Virus record (IMG/VR): IMGVR_UViG_3300021471_000001
Coordinates: 609-64,608 of that record
Reading direction: 5' to 3' (one strand)
DNA length: 64,000 nucleotides
DNA from: a virus
Taxonomy: Duplodnaviria > Caudoviricetes
Shown: positions 40,695 through 49,307 of the stretch, in pieces
How positions within the stretch are numbered: position 1 is the stretch's first letter
How the letters are laid out: each line of letters starts with the position of its first letter
The notes under the pieces: generated by a model
Database searches by the model: none
Seen by the model: only the letters and a program-made list of their open reading frames with translations
What the model was told of the DNA's origin: nothing
Program-made: the position numbers and the translations under genes

Positions 40695-41228
40695 TTACAA
40701 ATTTACCATAATTTTACCCAAACGATTTTCTCTTTGAGCTTTGTAATGGTTTTTTACAATATTGTGAAATTCATTTAATGACTTTCTAGAAACATGTTCA
40801 GACAAGTAATATATATCACTCTTTTTCCTACCACTGCCATCATCGTAAAAAACTTCAATAGTCACTTCCACACGAAATCCTACCTCCATATCTACTTTTA
40901 TAAAGTCCCTTTCAGCTTTGTATATAAAGCATGGACCAAAAGTCAAAAAGCCATAATCGTCCATAGTCCAATTAAACTTATAGGCGTGCCTTTTAATATA
41001 CTCAAAAAGCTGAACAATGTTTCCACCTTGAACACTAGGCATATAGCTAATATTATAATTGCCTTCCATAACATCTTGGTATATTTCCTCTGCCCTATTT
41101 TTATCTATACCATAAAGTTCAACCGCTGCCTCTATCATAGCCTCTTTGTCATACTTATTTTCAGGCAACGTACCACTTCTTACCGCTTCCTCATCAACCA
41201 TCTTAAAAAAAGCATCTTTATCTATCAT
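40695..41228 (-). CDS. Hypothetical protein
   Basis: 177 aa, AGGAG RBS. Confidence 0.65.
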   Translation of the reverse strand: MIDKDAFFKMVDEEAVRSGTLPENKYDKEAMIEAAVELYGIDKNRAEEIYQDVMEGNYNISYMPSVQGGNIVQLFEYIKRHAYKFNWTMDDYGFLTFGPCFIYKAERDFIKVDMEVGFRVEVTIEVFYDDGSGRKKSDIYYLSEHVSRKSLNEFHNIVKNHYKAQRENRLGKIMVNL

Positions 41229-41253
41229 ACTTTACTCCTTGAATAATAATAAT

Positions 41254-41949
41254 TTAAAAATATCTAAGTTTCCAACTTAACACATTGTCTATTTCTGGAC
41301 AACCATAAGCTAAAAACTCTGGGTCAAAAAGCGTTGTGAAACGTACTTTATCCCATCCCACGACAGGTGAATACTTGTCGTAGTAACTAATATAAGGAAT
41401 GCCGTTTTCTACTATGTAGCCCCACACATCAAGCCACGTCAAATCTCGGATAGGAAAAACTTCTTTCATTTCCGTTAAAGAACGACCTGAAGTTATTCTC
41501 AACCGTCTTTTTATGCTTTCTTCTTTTCTCAAACCGACAAAACAACAATCATATCCTTCTTTTATCAATCTAGGAATTAATCCCTTGATTAAATCCATTC
41601 CTATCACGTTTGTAGCTTTTCGTTTTAATTTATCGTACAACTCGGAAGTCTCTACACGTAAGTTTTCTACGCCTATCTTTTTTGCATTTTCCATTATTTC
41701 ATTGAAATACACTCTCGGCATATAATACTTTCCGTAATCCCAATGTAAAACCATTATGTCTTTTTGCTGTTCTATAATCATGTGTAACATAACGGTTGAG
41801 TCCTTTCCTCCAGAGAAAGCGACGTAAGACTTGTTATATTTCTTTAAGCTCTTTTTCACAATATCTTTAGCATTATCTATTCTCTCTCTATACTCTTCTG
41901 TTGTACTATGTAAAGCAAAAGTTTCTCTTATTCTTTCTTCCATAACCAT
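41254..41949 (-). CDS. cysH: CysH-like PAPS reductase family protein associated with type IV-B
   Basis: YVAFSGGKDSTV, FVGLRKEESIKRR, PIRDLTWLDVWGYI; last gene of the csf operon. Confidence 0.85.
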   Translation of the reverse strand: MVMEERIRETFALHSTTEEYRERIDNAKDIVKKSLKKYNKSYVAFSGGKDSTVMLHMIIEQQKDIMVLHWDYGKYYMPRVYFNEIMENAKKIGVENLRVETSELYDKLKRKATNVIGMDLIKGLIPRLIKEGYDCCFVGLRKEESIKRRLRITSGRSLTEMKEVFPIRDLTWLDVWGYIVENGIPYISYYDKYSPVVGWDKVRFTTLFDPEFLAYGCPEIDNVLSWKLRYF

Positions 41950-42587
41950 TAACTCACTTTAAATTTTGCACCTTCCTTATTAAGCTTACTAATAGCATGT
42001 GCTAAGCTATTTTTATTTATATCTACACCATAAAAACACTTACATTGATTATAACAAGCTAAAGCAGTTAACCCTCTTCCCATACACATGTCTACTATAG
42101 GTGATAATATTTCATATCCTATAGCATGATACGGCGTCATACTGTCATCCAAACCACTAAAATCCTTTTTACAAAGGTCATAGGCACCTCTGAGCAGATA
42201 AGCTTTTCTTTCTTTATAGTAAGTAATTTCCCAAACATCTACTATTGGAAAAAGCTTCCCCATTTCAAATTCAAAGACATCTACATATTGTTTTCCTATT
42301 TCCAAATAACAAACTTGAGCATTCGTTTCATTAATTCTTTCAAACAAAGACATATAAAAATCTGCATAATCTTTTATCTTATTTTCTTTACATGCCTTAT
42401 TAATAAAATAGTTTGTCAAAGCTTTATTCCAGGGGGGATCACAATAAACCATCTCCGCTTTTTTACAGTAAGTCGGATAATCATGTCTTATATCACATAC
42501 ACTTATCATTGAATCTCCCTTTAAGTTGCTATCATAATAGTGCCATATCTCTCCCTCCTTGATTGGGAACTGATACCAAGCACTCAT
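41949..42587 (-). CDS. DNA methyltransferase-like protein (amino-MTase type)
   Basis: VYCDPPW (motif IV) precedes VDMCMGRGLT (motif I) and FYGVDIN; start at 42587 gives an ATGA overlap with the upstream gene. Confidence 0.7.
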   Translation of the reverse strand: MSAWYQFPIKEGEIWHYYDSNLKGDSMISVCDIRHDYPTYCKKAEMVYCDPPWNKALTNYFINKACKENKIKDYADFYMSLFERINETNAQVCYLEIGKQYVDVFEFEMGKLFPIVDVWEITYYKERKAYLLRGAYDLCKKDFSGLDDSMTPYHAIGYEILSPIVDMCMGRGLTALACYNQCKCFYGVDINKNSLAHAISKLNKEGAKFKVS

Positions 42588-43237
42588 CTTTTTCTTTTTT
42601 TTCTTATTCTTTTTCTCTTCCATATCTTTACACTCCTTTCTTTTAGAAAATCTCTCTTTAATTTTTCTAAGTCAGTAACGCCAAAAGTCCTTGACTGTCT
42701 TTTAGAAGAACGTCTAGGATTGATTGAAGACCTTCCTACCCTATGATCTACCAAATTAGGTACAACAATCCAATATCTCATTTTCTTCTTACGCAAAACC
42801 CAAGCAACAAATAAATCTGTCCCCGTCGGATTCTTACCACTATCATATACTTTCCAGCTTTCATAATATTCTAACAGTTCTTTTGACAATCCCATAGGCA
42901 AATAAAAACACACGCTACACATAAAAGAACCGCCTGAACAATATCTACTGCCTATCAATATATCATCTTTCCTTCTTGAAAAGAATTGTATAACTTCATT
43001 TGGTCTTTTATCTATTTCTACACTAACTTTATCCAAAAAATTATCACACAATATAACATCGTCTTCCAAATGCAAGCATGGATATGACTTTGCAAGCTTC
43101 AACGCTTCTAAAAACGTGTCCATAGCATTCTTTGTTTTATCATAACAGTATATTGTGTCTTCTGGTAAATGATTCCGCAAATATTCTATGTACGGTTCTC
43201 TTTTCTTAACACATTTAACAATTATTTTATAATTCAA
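42584..43237 (-). CDS. Glycosyltransferase-like protein (GT-A fold)
   Basis: CLHLEDDVILC acidic metal-binding motif and VPNLVDHR late His motif. Confidence 0.6.
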   Translation of the reverse strand: MNYKIIVKCVKKREPYIEYLRNHLPEDTIYCYDKTKNAMDTFLEALKLAKSYPCLHLEDDVILCDNFLDKVSVEIDKRPNEVIQFFSRRKDDILIGSRYCSGGSFMCSVCFYLPMGLSKELLEYYESWKVYDSGKNPTGTDLFVAWVLRKKKMRYWIVVPNLVDHRVGRSSINPRRSSKRQSRTFGVTDLEKLKRDFLKERSVKIWKRKRIRKKRKR

Positions 43238-43967
43238 TTTCTATCTCCTCTTTTGGAATGCAACAAATATCCACATTTTCAGGAGACCAGTACGGTGGCT
43301 TCCAAGCTACATTCACAACTCTTTTACATTTCTTTAAATATCGTCTCGGAATAGGTCTCATCGCCTTGCCATCTTTGATTAAACTATAATCTTTATCTGT
43401 ACTCTTAATCTCAAAACCACTTACAGCACCATAACCAACACGACAATTATCTCCCAAACCCACAATCAAAGAACACAAATACTCCATCGCCTTTCTATCC
43501 GCATTAACATAAAAGCTTACTGTCCTAGTCGGTATATATATATGTCTCATCATATAATCCCTAAAGTGACCACTACCTTTACTTATTTTTCTATGTCCTT
43601 TTATCCATCTATCCTCAAACTTCTTGTACAACACTTCCATTTTTAAGCTATCAGTATCGAAAAAAGAAATCGAACTATGGTATAAATCACCATGAGAAAG
43701 CTTTATTGGACTTTCTGGTAAATCATTTTTATTTATCACTCGAAATAAATTAAACTTACGTGGAAGCAAATAATAATCTTTCCCTAAATACTTCAATAGA
43801 AGCAAATGTCCAATTAGTCCATCGAAGTTTAACCAAGCATGATTCAATGCTATTGGTGAGGACATATAAAAAATTATCTCCATAGGAGTATATTTCATAG
43901 GTTTTGCATTCCGATTAATCGCTTCTACATACTTTTTTGCAAAATATTTTATTTCATCAATTATCAT
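43227..43967 (-). CDS. csf3: Type IV CRISPR Cas5-like subunit Csf3
   Basis: MSSPIAL...LNFDGLI, GSGHFRDY, G-rich loop LGDNCRVGYGAV, MRPIP, WKPPYW. Confidence 0.85.
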   Translation of the reverse strand: MIIDEIKYFAKKYVEAINRNAKPMKYTPMEIIFYMSSPIALNHAWLNFDGLIGHLLLLKYLGKDYYLLPRKFNLFRVINKNDLPESPIKLSHGDLYHSSISFFDTDSLKMEVLYKKFEDRWIKGHRKISKGSGHFRDYMMRHIYIPTRTVSFYVNADRKAMEYLCSLIVGLGDNCRVGYGAVSGFEIKSTDKDYSLIKDGKAMRPIPRRYLKKCKRVVNVAWKPPYWSPENVDICCIPKEEIEIEL

Positions 43968-44806
43968 TTTCCCTTTCCTAACTTTGCAATTAATTCAATT
44001 AATAAATCTTTGTTACTTTCTACAAAGCTAATATACGCCTTACTATCGCTAATCTGTGGTCTATAGTCAAAAGACACTTCGCCATCACCTGTTGAACTTT
44101 TTCCACCAACAAATGGTGACTTTCTGAATAGCTCAATCACTCTTCCAAAACACGACTTTTCTAATTCCGTTGCCCACTCGAGTGAGAACCAGTGATAAAA
44201 CTTTGTTCCTATACCAAAGCACTCATAGTCAACTTTCATCTGTTGAGCCTGCTCATCCTTCTCTCTATCGGCTTTTAAGTCGTCCTTACGTGTATGAAAG
44301 CTTTCGTCAGTAAATTCTTTCACGTTTTTATTTACTCTTTCGTCTTGTTTATATTGTTCAGGTAGGTATATATAATATTCTTTGCAGATTGGAAAAGCAT
44401 GTCCGACTTTCAAAATTCCTGGTATCATTTGATTTCCTATTGCACAGCCAAAAACGGCAAGTGGTATAATCAAATCTCTTATTTCAGTACGCATTTTCAG
44501 GTCTATGGTTGCGTAATTATCCTCTGTACTCTCTAATACACCACCTGTGAAGAATGTATGATATAGCTTTACTGGAAGTTTATCAACCTCAAATCCAAGC
44601 AGTTCTAGAAAGTCTTTCATAATAAGACGTCTTAGCTTCCCCCTTATAGCATTGCCATGCAAGTATGGAAATGGTATTTCACCCATTCCATCAACGTAAA
44701 GGTAGATTGTCCTTAACACTGGTGTTGAACCAGTCTTTTCATTACCACCGTGATGTATTGGAGACTTCGCTAGAAGCCATCCTTCGTACTTTTGAATTAT
44801 TTTCAT
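43964..44806 (-). CDS. csf2: Type IV CRISPR Cas7-like backbone Csf2
   Basis: AKSPIHHG, PYLHGNAIRGKLRR, FTGGVL, LAVFGCAIGNQMIPGILKVG, VGGKSSTGDGEV. Confidence 0.92.
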   Translation of the reverse strand: MKIIQKYEGWLLAKSPIHHGGNEKTGSTPVLRTIYLYVDGMGEIPFPYLHGNAIRGKLRRLIMKDFLELLGFEVDKLPVKLYHTFFTGGVLESTEDNYATIDLKMRTEIRDLIIPLAVFGCAIGNQMIPGILKVGHAFPICKEYYIYLPEQYKQDERVNKNVKEFTDESFHTRKDDLKADREKDEQAQQMKVDYECFGIGTKFYHWFSLEWATELEKSCFGRVIELFRKSPFVGGKSSTGDGEVSFDYRPQISDSKAYISFVESNKDLLIELIAKLGKGK

Positions 44807-45213
44807 TCTTTTACCTCCTCTGTCTTTTTTTGTTCATACATATCTTGTATGTCTATATCAAATGTAGGTTTACTTTTCCTACTACTTTTAATCTCTTTTC
44901 CCTTTATGATAGCTCTTACACAAAAGGGAATGTGTTCAGAATAAAGCCTAGTAAGTACATAGACCTCATCCTTTCTTAAATCTTCGACTAATCCTATACT
45001 TTCACCTGGTAGGGTCTGCAAACCAAAGTAATTACATAACTTACTTGCAAAAGCATAGATAGTCCCTCGTCTAGAAGCCGATCTAACACGGTGATTAAAT
45101 ATATCGTGCGGATTCTTAGACGTTTTCATACTATGCCAATTTATCTTACTGTATACCACAGCGAGTAAATCGACAAGCGTATCTTCTAAAACCTTTTTCC
45201 TATTTGGAGACAT
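44803..45213 (-). CDS. cas11: Type IV-B small subunit (Cas11/Csf4-like)
   Basis: 136-aa helical protein between csf1 and csf2, the canonical IV-B position. Confidence 0.7.
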   Translation of the reverse strand: MSPNRKKVLEDTLVDLLAVVYSKINWHSMKTSKNPHDIFNHRVRSASRRGTIYAFASKLCNYFGLQTLPGESIGLVEDLRKDEVYVLTRLYSEHIPFCVRAIIKGKEIKSSRKSKPTFDIDIQDMYEQKKTEEVKE

Positions 45214-45808
45214 AAGCTAACAACTCCCATAATGGATTTCTAATAAATGGTTTGGCACTTTCTATTAAGAAATACCAACCCTTTTCCATAGCTAGCCTTG
45301 AGTTTTTCATTGTTAATTCACCTCTAATTATTTCTGACTTTGAGACTTTATTCTCACGAAGCCTACATATTAGGTTGTGATAAGTCTTCACGTCACTTTG
45401 ATTAACTAAAAAACTCCCGAGCCAGTCTGTGGAAACATAAAAATGAACGTTATCAAAGTTAATTCTTTGTAAGGAATCGAGCCACCCTTGTTTTTGGTAG
45501 CTCTTTGTAACATATAAAAAGAATGGAACAGGTTTTTCTCTCAATAAGGTCTCCAAAACCTCTTCTCTCTTTAAAAATACAACACTTTCCTCAGTAGCAA
45601 ACCACGATTTCTTACGATAGTTCTGATTCCTAAAGAAATGATAACAATATTCACAAGTTACACCGCCATTTTTCAAGTATGAGTATCCTGTAAAACTGTT
45701 TGAGAATGGCAAATCAAAACCATTATTCGTCTCTTTACCACATACACAACAATAGCCAGATTTATCTCCTATTTCTGGACTTCTAATAACCAATTCTGTA
45801 ACTATCAT
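45200..45808 (-). CDS. csf1: Type IV large subunit Csf1 (Cas8-like)
   Basis: CCVCG...FSNSFTGYSYL...VTCEYC Zn finger; PFFLYVTKSYQKQGW. Confidence 0.8.
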   Translation of the reverse strand: MIVTELVIRSPEIGDKSGYCCVCGKETNNGFDLPFSNSFTGYSYLKNGGVTCEYCYHFFRNQNYRKKSWFATEESVVFLKREEVLETLLREKPVPFFLYVTKSYQKQGWLDSLQRINFDNVHFYVSTDWLGSFLVNQSDVKTYHNLICRLRENKVSKSEIIRGELTMKNSRLAMEKGWYFLIESAKPFIRNPLWELLAYVSK

Positions 45809-46473
45809 CTTGACAACCTCTTTCTATACTGATAAAACAACTTTTCGATATTTAAGTACCTAGTTCTAACTACTTCACCTTTATAGCTTCTACTAAGCAT
45901 AATCAACTTCTTAGCAAAGTCAAGAGTCAGCTCATACTCTATCCTACGTGGAAAACCACGCCGATCATACTCGATAACATAGCGTTTATAATCCCTTCCT
46001 TCCTTTGCATACAAATTTTGTTCTATGTTTTTTCGCTTCCATTTAGCATAATTACCAACGTCAAGTCCCAAAAACCTGTATAGCTCTGAGCTCATGATGG
46101 TTTTCTTTAACTCAATTTTTTCTGTAAATCTAGGTAAGCTCGTTTTCATAAAGCTTTTTCCCTTTTCTGCGTCTTTATACTCTTTTCTAGATTCTTCTCT
46201 ATCCTTTATATATCCCACTACAATTTCGTATCCTCTTTTGGTAAATACTCTTAGACGATTGACTTGTTCTACGTTATTATATAGGTCTTTGATTTGAGAC
46301 CTGAATACTTTTACATTATCGCCTGAAAGCAAATATGTATCTTTGTTTTCCTTCAAGTTTCGTTTCAAGAGCTTATTTGCAACTTGTTGAATTCTCTTTT
46401 CTGTTACACCAAGCTCTTTTGCCATGTCTAAAACAGTAAATACTTGTTTACCATTAAAATATCTTTTTGTCAT
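45805..46473 (-). CDS. ORF6N + AntA-domain antirepressor-like protein
   Basis: N-terminal VFTVLDMAKELG...TYLLSG...VFTKRG; C-terminal SSELYRFLG...YELTLDFAKKLIM; start 46473 has a GGAGG RBS. Confidence 0.75.
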   Translation of the reverse strand: MTKRYFNGKQVFTVLDMAKELGVTEKRIQQVANKLLKRNLKENKDTYLLSGDNVKVFRSQIKDLYNNVEQVNRLRVFTKRGYEIVVGYIKDREESRKEYKDAEKGKSFMKTSLPRFTEKIELKKTIMSSELYRFLGLDVGNYAKWKRKNIEQNLYAKEGRDYKRYVIEYDRRGFPRRIEYELTLDFAKKLIMLSRSYKGEVVRTRYLNIEKLFYQYRKRLSR

Positions 46474-46489
46474 AGCTTTAAACCTCCAT

Positions 46490-47461
46490 TTATTTAAGTT
46501 CAATAAAGTTTTTACTATCATTACACTTCTCACTTATCCTTCTAAACATTGAAGTAAGAACATCACTCCATGAATTGTTTATGTCATAAATCATTTTCTG
46601 TAAATCATAGATTGATTTGTTCGATGTAATAATGAACTGAAACCGCTCTCCACGTTTATAAATCGCATCAAACACAGCCAACATCTCTTTTAAGTTAAAC
46701 TCTGTGAACTTCACTTTATCAAAGTCATCTATAAGAATATAGTAATATGATTCTGTCGGTGGAACAGTAATTTCCCATATTTTCAAATGTGTAAATGCTT
46801 TATAATCCCTTTCTAATCCATATTTTACAAACTCTTTTATCAGTTTATTACATGTGAAATTGTTAAAAGAGAATATTAAGTCTTGGTCTATGTAGTAGGA
46901 AAGTATCGCATACATGGAGTATGTTTTGCCAACGGCAGGTCTGCCATATAGATAAAAGGATTGTGGCTTTTCATAATTTTTAACCATATTAAAAAGCCTT
47001 TTCTGACAGCCATTCTTATGACTTTCAAAATTAGCATCTTTATAAATGCCAAACTTGTACTTCATCTTAGCTAACATATTTTTCCTGTAATCTTTGCTTT
47101 TCTCTTTGTATCGTCTATCTATCTCACACTGTCTGCAATAATCCCAAATCAGAACGTCGTTATCGAATTCTCTCGGCTTTCCGATTGTATCTTTTAAAGC
47201 ATCTGCACTTATTTTAAAGAATGACGAAATCCACTCAATCTTACTAGCAAAGATTTTTGAACCGCAGACCTGACATAATTTAACGCTATCTCTAAGATTA
47301 CCTTCAGTTACATATTTATTTATCGCTTCCATACGTTCTTTAACACTACTTGGAATTATATCTTTCTTTTCATTAGCTTTAATTTGTTCTAATGGTATCT
47401 CAAACTTTGTTTTGACAGCCTTTTTTATTGGTTTGTCAAATGGATTTTCTTTGCTATTCAT
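46490..47461 (-). CDS. DnaC/IstB-like ATPase (helicase loader)
   Basis: Walker A LYGRPAVGKT, Walker B LIDDF, IITSN, N-terminal CxxC pairs. Confidence 0.8.
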   Translation of the reverse strand: MNSKENPFDKPIKKAVKTKFEIPLEQIKANEKKDIIPSSVKERMEAINKYVTEGNLRDSVKLCQVCGSKIFASKIEWISSFFKISADALKDTIGKPREFDNDVLIWDYCRQCEIDRRYKEKSKDYRKNMLAKMKYKFGIYKDANFESHKNGCQKRLFNMVKNYEKPQSFYLYGRPAVGKTYSMYAILSYYIDQDLIFSFNNFTCNKLIKEFVKYGLERDYKAFTHLKIWEITVPPTESYYYILIDDFDKVKFTEFNLKEMLAVFDAIYKRGERFQFIITSNKSIYDLQKMIYDINNSWSDVLTSMFRRISEKCNDSKNFIELK

Positions 47462-47464
47462 AAC

Positions 47465-47848
47465 TTACTCCTTTTGATTTTCTTCTTTGATAATCTCATG
47501 TGGATATATGGCATGTTCTCTTGTCTCTTTGGCAATGTCTTCAACATAAGCGTTTGCTAAATTATTCCAAATGTCTACACTGTTTGTACATATAATATTA
47601 AGTCTATAACCTTCACCGTCACTCTGAAAAAACAACACATCTTTATTCTTAATTTCGCTTTCATCAAGAGTTTTGCCATTCTTTAAACTATTAACAAGTT
47701 CTCCCAATACTTTATATAGCTTAAAGAGAGCCCTCTCATTAAGTACTATAAAGGAATCTGTATGCCAATATTGTTGTGAATAAATGTGACATGCGGCTAT
47801 AGTTTTATAGTGCTTTTTAAGTATTTCTCTTACTTCCTTTTTATCCAT
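47465..47848 (-). CDS. Hypothetical protein
   Basis: Coupled ORF; FFQSDGEGY motif. Confidence 0.6.
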   Translation of the reverse strand: MDKKEVREILKKHYKTIAACHIYSQQYWHTDSFIVLNERALFKLYKVLGELVNSLKNGKTLDESEIKNKDVLFFQSDGEGYRLNIICTNSVDIWNNLANAYVEDIAKETREHAIYPHEIIKEENQKE

Positions 47849-48173
47849 CTTTTTCCCCCTCTCGGTTTTTTAAAACGTGCTCTAAGATAATATTAAACAA
47901 TTTAGATTGTAGATTTAATTCGTTCAGTAATGTGCTTCCAAAGTCATCATGAAAACGCTCATTGAGAGATAGTTTACTGGTGATCATGATGAATAGCATG
48001 GTAATAGCTCCCTCATAAAAGCTTTTGTCTTTATCAAAACTGAACTTGCTTTTTAAAATACTACATCCATCTAAGCTTAAGTCACCGCTATCAAGATCAC
48101 TACTAAAATCTTTTAAAGCTTTTGTAGGAATAATTACATCCCAAAATTTTAATTCTTTTTCTTTATTACTCAT
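47841..48173 (-). CDS. Paralogous family member
   Basis: FSFDKDKSFYEGA...HVLKNR. Confidence 0.65.
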   Translation of the reverse strand: MSNKEKELKFWDVIIPTKALKDFSSDLDSGDLSLDGCSILKSKFSFDKDKSFYEGAITMLFIMITSKLSLNERFHDDFGSTLLNELNLQSKLFNIILEHVLKNREGEKDG

Positions 48174-48528
48174 ATTTTTCCTCCTTTCTGTTCTTCAAAA
48201 CATATTCTGAGATAGATTTAAACAAATTCGTTTCTAAGTTTGATATATGTAAAAGTATACTTCCTAAATCATCTGTTTTTTCAGTATAGTACATGTGAGC
48301 CATCATAATCGTATATAAAACCGCTACTGCCCCCTCATAAAAACTATCACTTTCATCAAAGCTCAACCGCTTTTCTACAAAACTGATACTATTTGGGCCA
48401 TCACTAATATCCACATCATAAAACTTTTTTATGATTTTTGTACTAACCGAGATGCCCTCAAGTAAAAATTCCAACTCACTTTCAGTAATACATCTATCCC
48501 AAAATAATTCCTTCTCTTTATTATTCAT
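48166..48528 (-). CDS. Paralogous family member
   Basis: LSFDESDSFYEGA...YVLKNR. Confidence 0.65.
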   Translation of the reverse strand: MNNKEKELFWDRCITESELEFLLEGISVSTKIIKKFYDVDISDGPNSISFVEKRLSFDESDSFYEGAVAVLYTIMMAHMYYTEKTDDLGSILLHISNLETNLFKSISEYVLKNRKEEKYE

Positions 48529-48614
48529 ATTTTTACCTCTCTTTTTTTTCTAAAATATGCTTCAACAAAATGTTATATGGTTTATTATTTGTATGAAGCC
48601 TATATTGAAGCACT

Positions 48615-49307
48615 TTAATAATTCATCCTCATTTTCAAAACAAAGCTTGATACAATGTTAAAAATACTTGTAATAAATAAAATTAAACTTTCTAAAACTT
48701 CTTCTTTCTTCTCGTAGGCAAAATTAAAACGATTATAAGCATCAAGCACAGCCGTCAAGGACGAAACAAAGCCATCATAAAAGTTTTCACCCTTATCAAA
48801 ATTAAAAAATTTTGCTAAATCTTTTTCATACATAGAAATATTTATATTAAAATGCTTAACACTTTTTCTAAAGCTTGGTATAATTTCTGATACAGTTATC
48901 AATTCACCATTACTAATAACCTTATCTATGTAATGTTCAGAATCATCTTTATTACAACCACTTTTATCATTTCTTGTTTTTAAAACATGCTTTAATACTG
49001 CATTATATAAACCAGACATAACCTCAAAAACCTGTGCAACAACAGTTTTATAGTCTTCAAATTTATTTAAAGCATTTGTCAAACATAAAAATACATGATG
49101 AACTGATGAAATAAAACCTTCATAGAAAATATCGTCCTTTTCGAAAAGCATAAATTCCCTAGAAATATGGTCTCTATTTACACTTATATCTGGAACGTAT
49201 GGGACCTTCTCTTTTGCAAGCTTTAATTCACTATTCAGAAGCTTAAAATCAAGTTCGGATAGCATTCTATCACTATTAAAAGCTTTAATCTCTCTTCTAT
49301 TACTCAT
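48615..49307 (-). CDS. Paralogous family member with two tandem domains
   Basis: FEKDDIFYEGF...HVLKTR and FDKGENFYDGF...FVLKMR. Confidence 0.65.
   Translation of the reverse strand: MSNRREIKAFNSDRMLSELDFKLLNSELKLAKEKVPYVPDISVNRDHISREFMLFEKDDIFYEGFISSVHHVFLCLTNALNKFEDYKTVVAQVFEVMSGLYNAVLKHVLKTRNDKSGCNKDDSEHYIDKVISNGELITVSEIIPSFRKSVKHFNINISMYEKDLAKFFNFDKGENFYDGFVSSLTAVLDAYNRFNFAYEKKEEVLESLILFITSIFNIVSSFVLKMRMNY

Noticed and set aside
41254-41949. cysH as a sulfate-assimilation auxiliary metabolic gene
   Set aside because: No other sulfur pathway genes, no C-terminal ECG(L/I)H motif of true PAPS reductases, and it is coupled to the csf operon.
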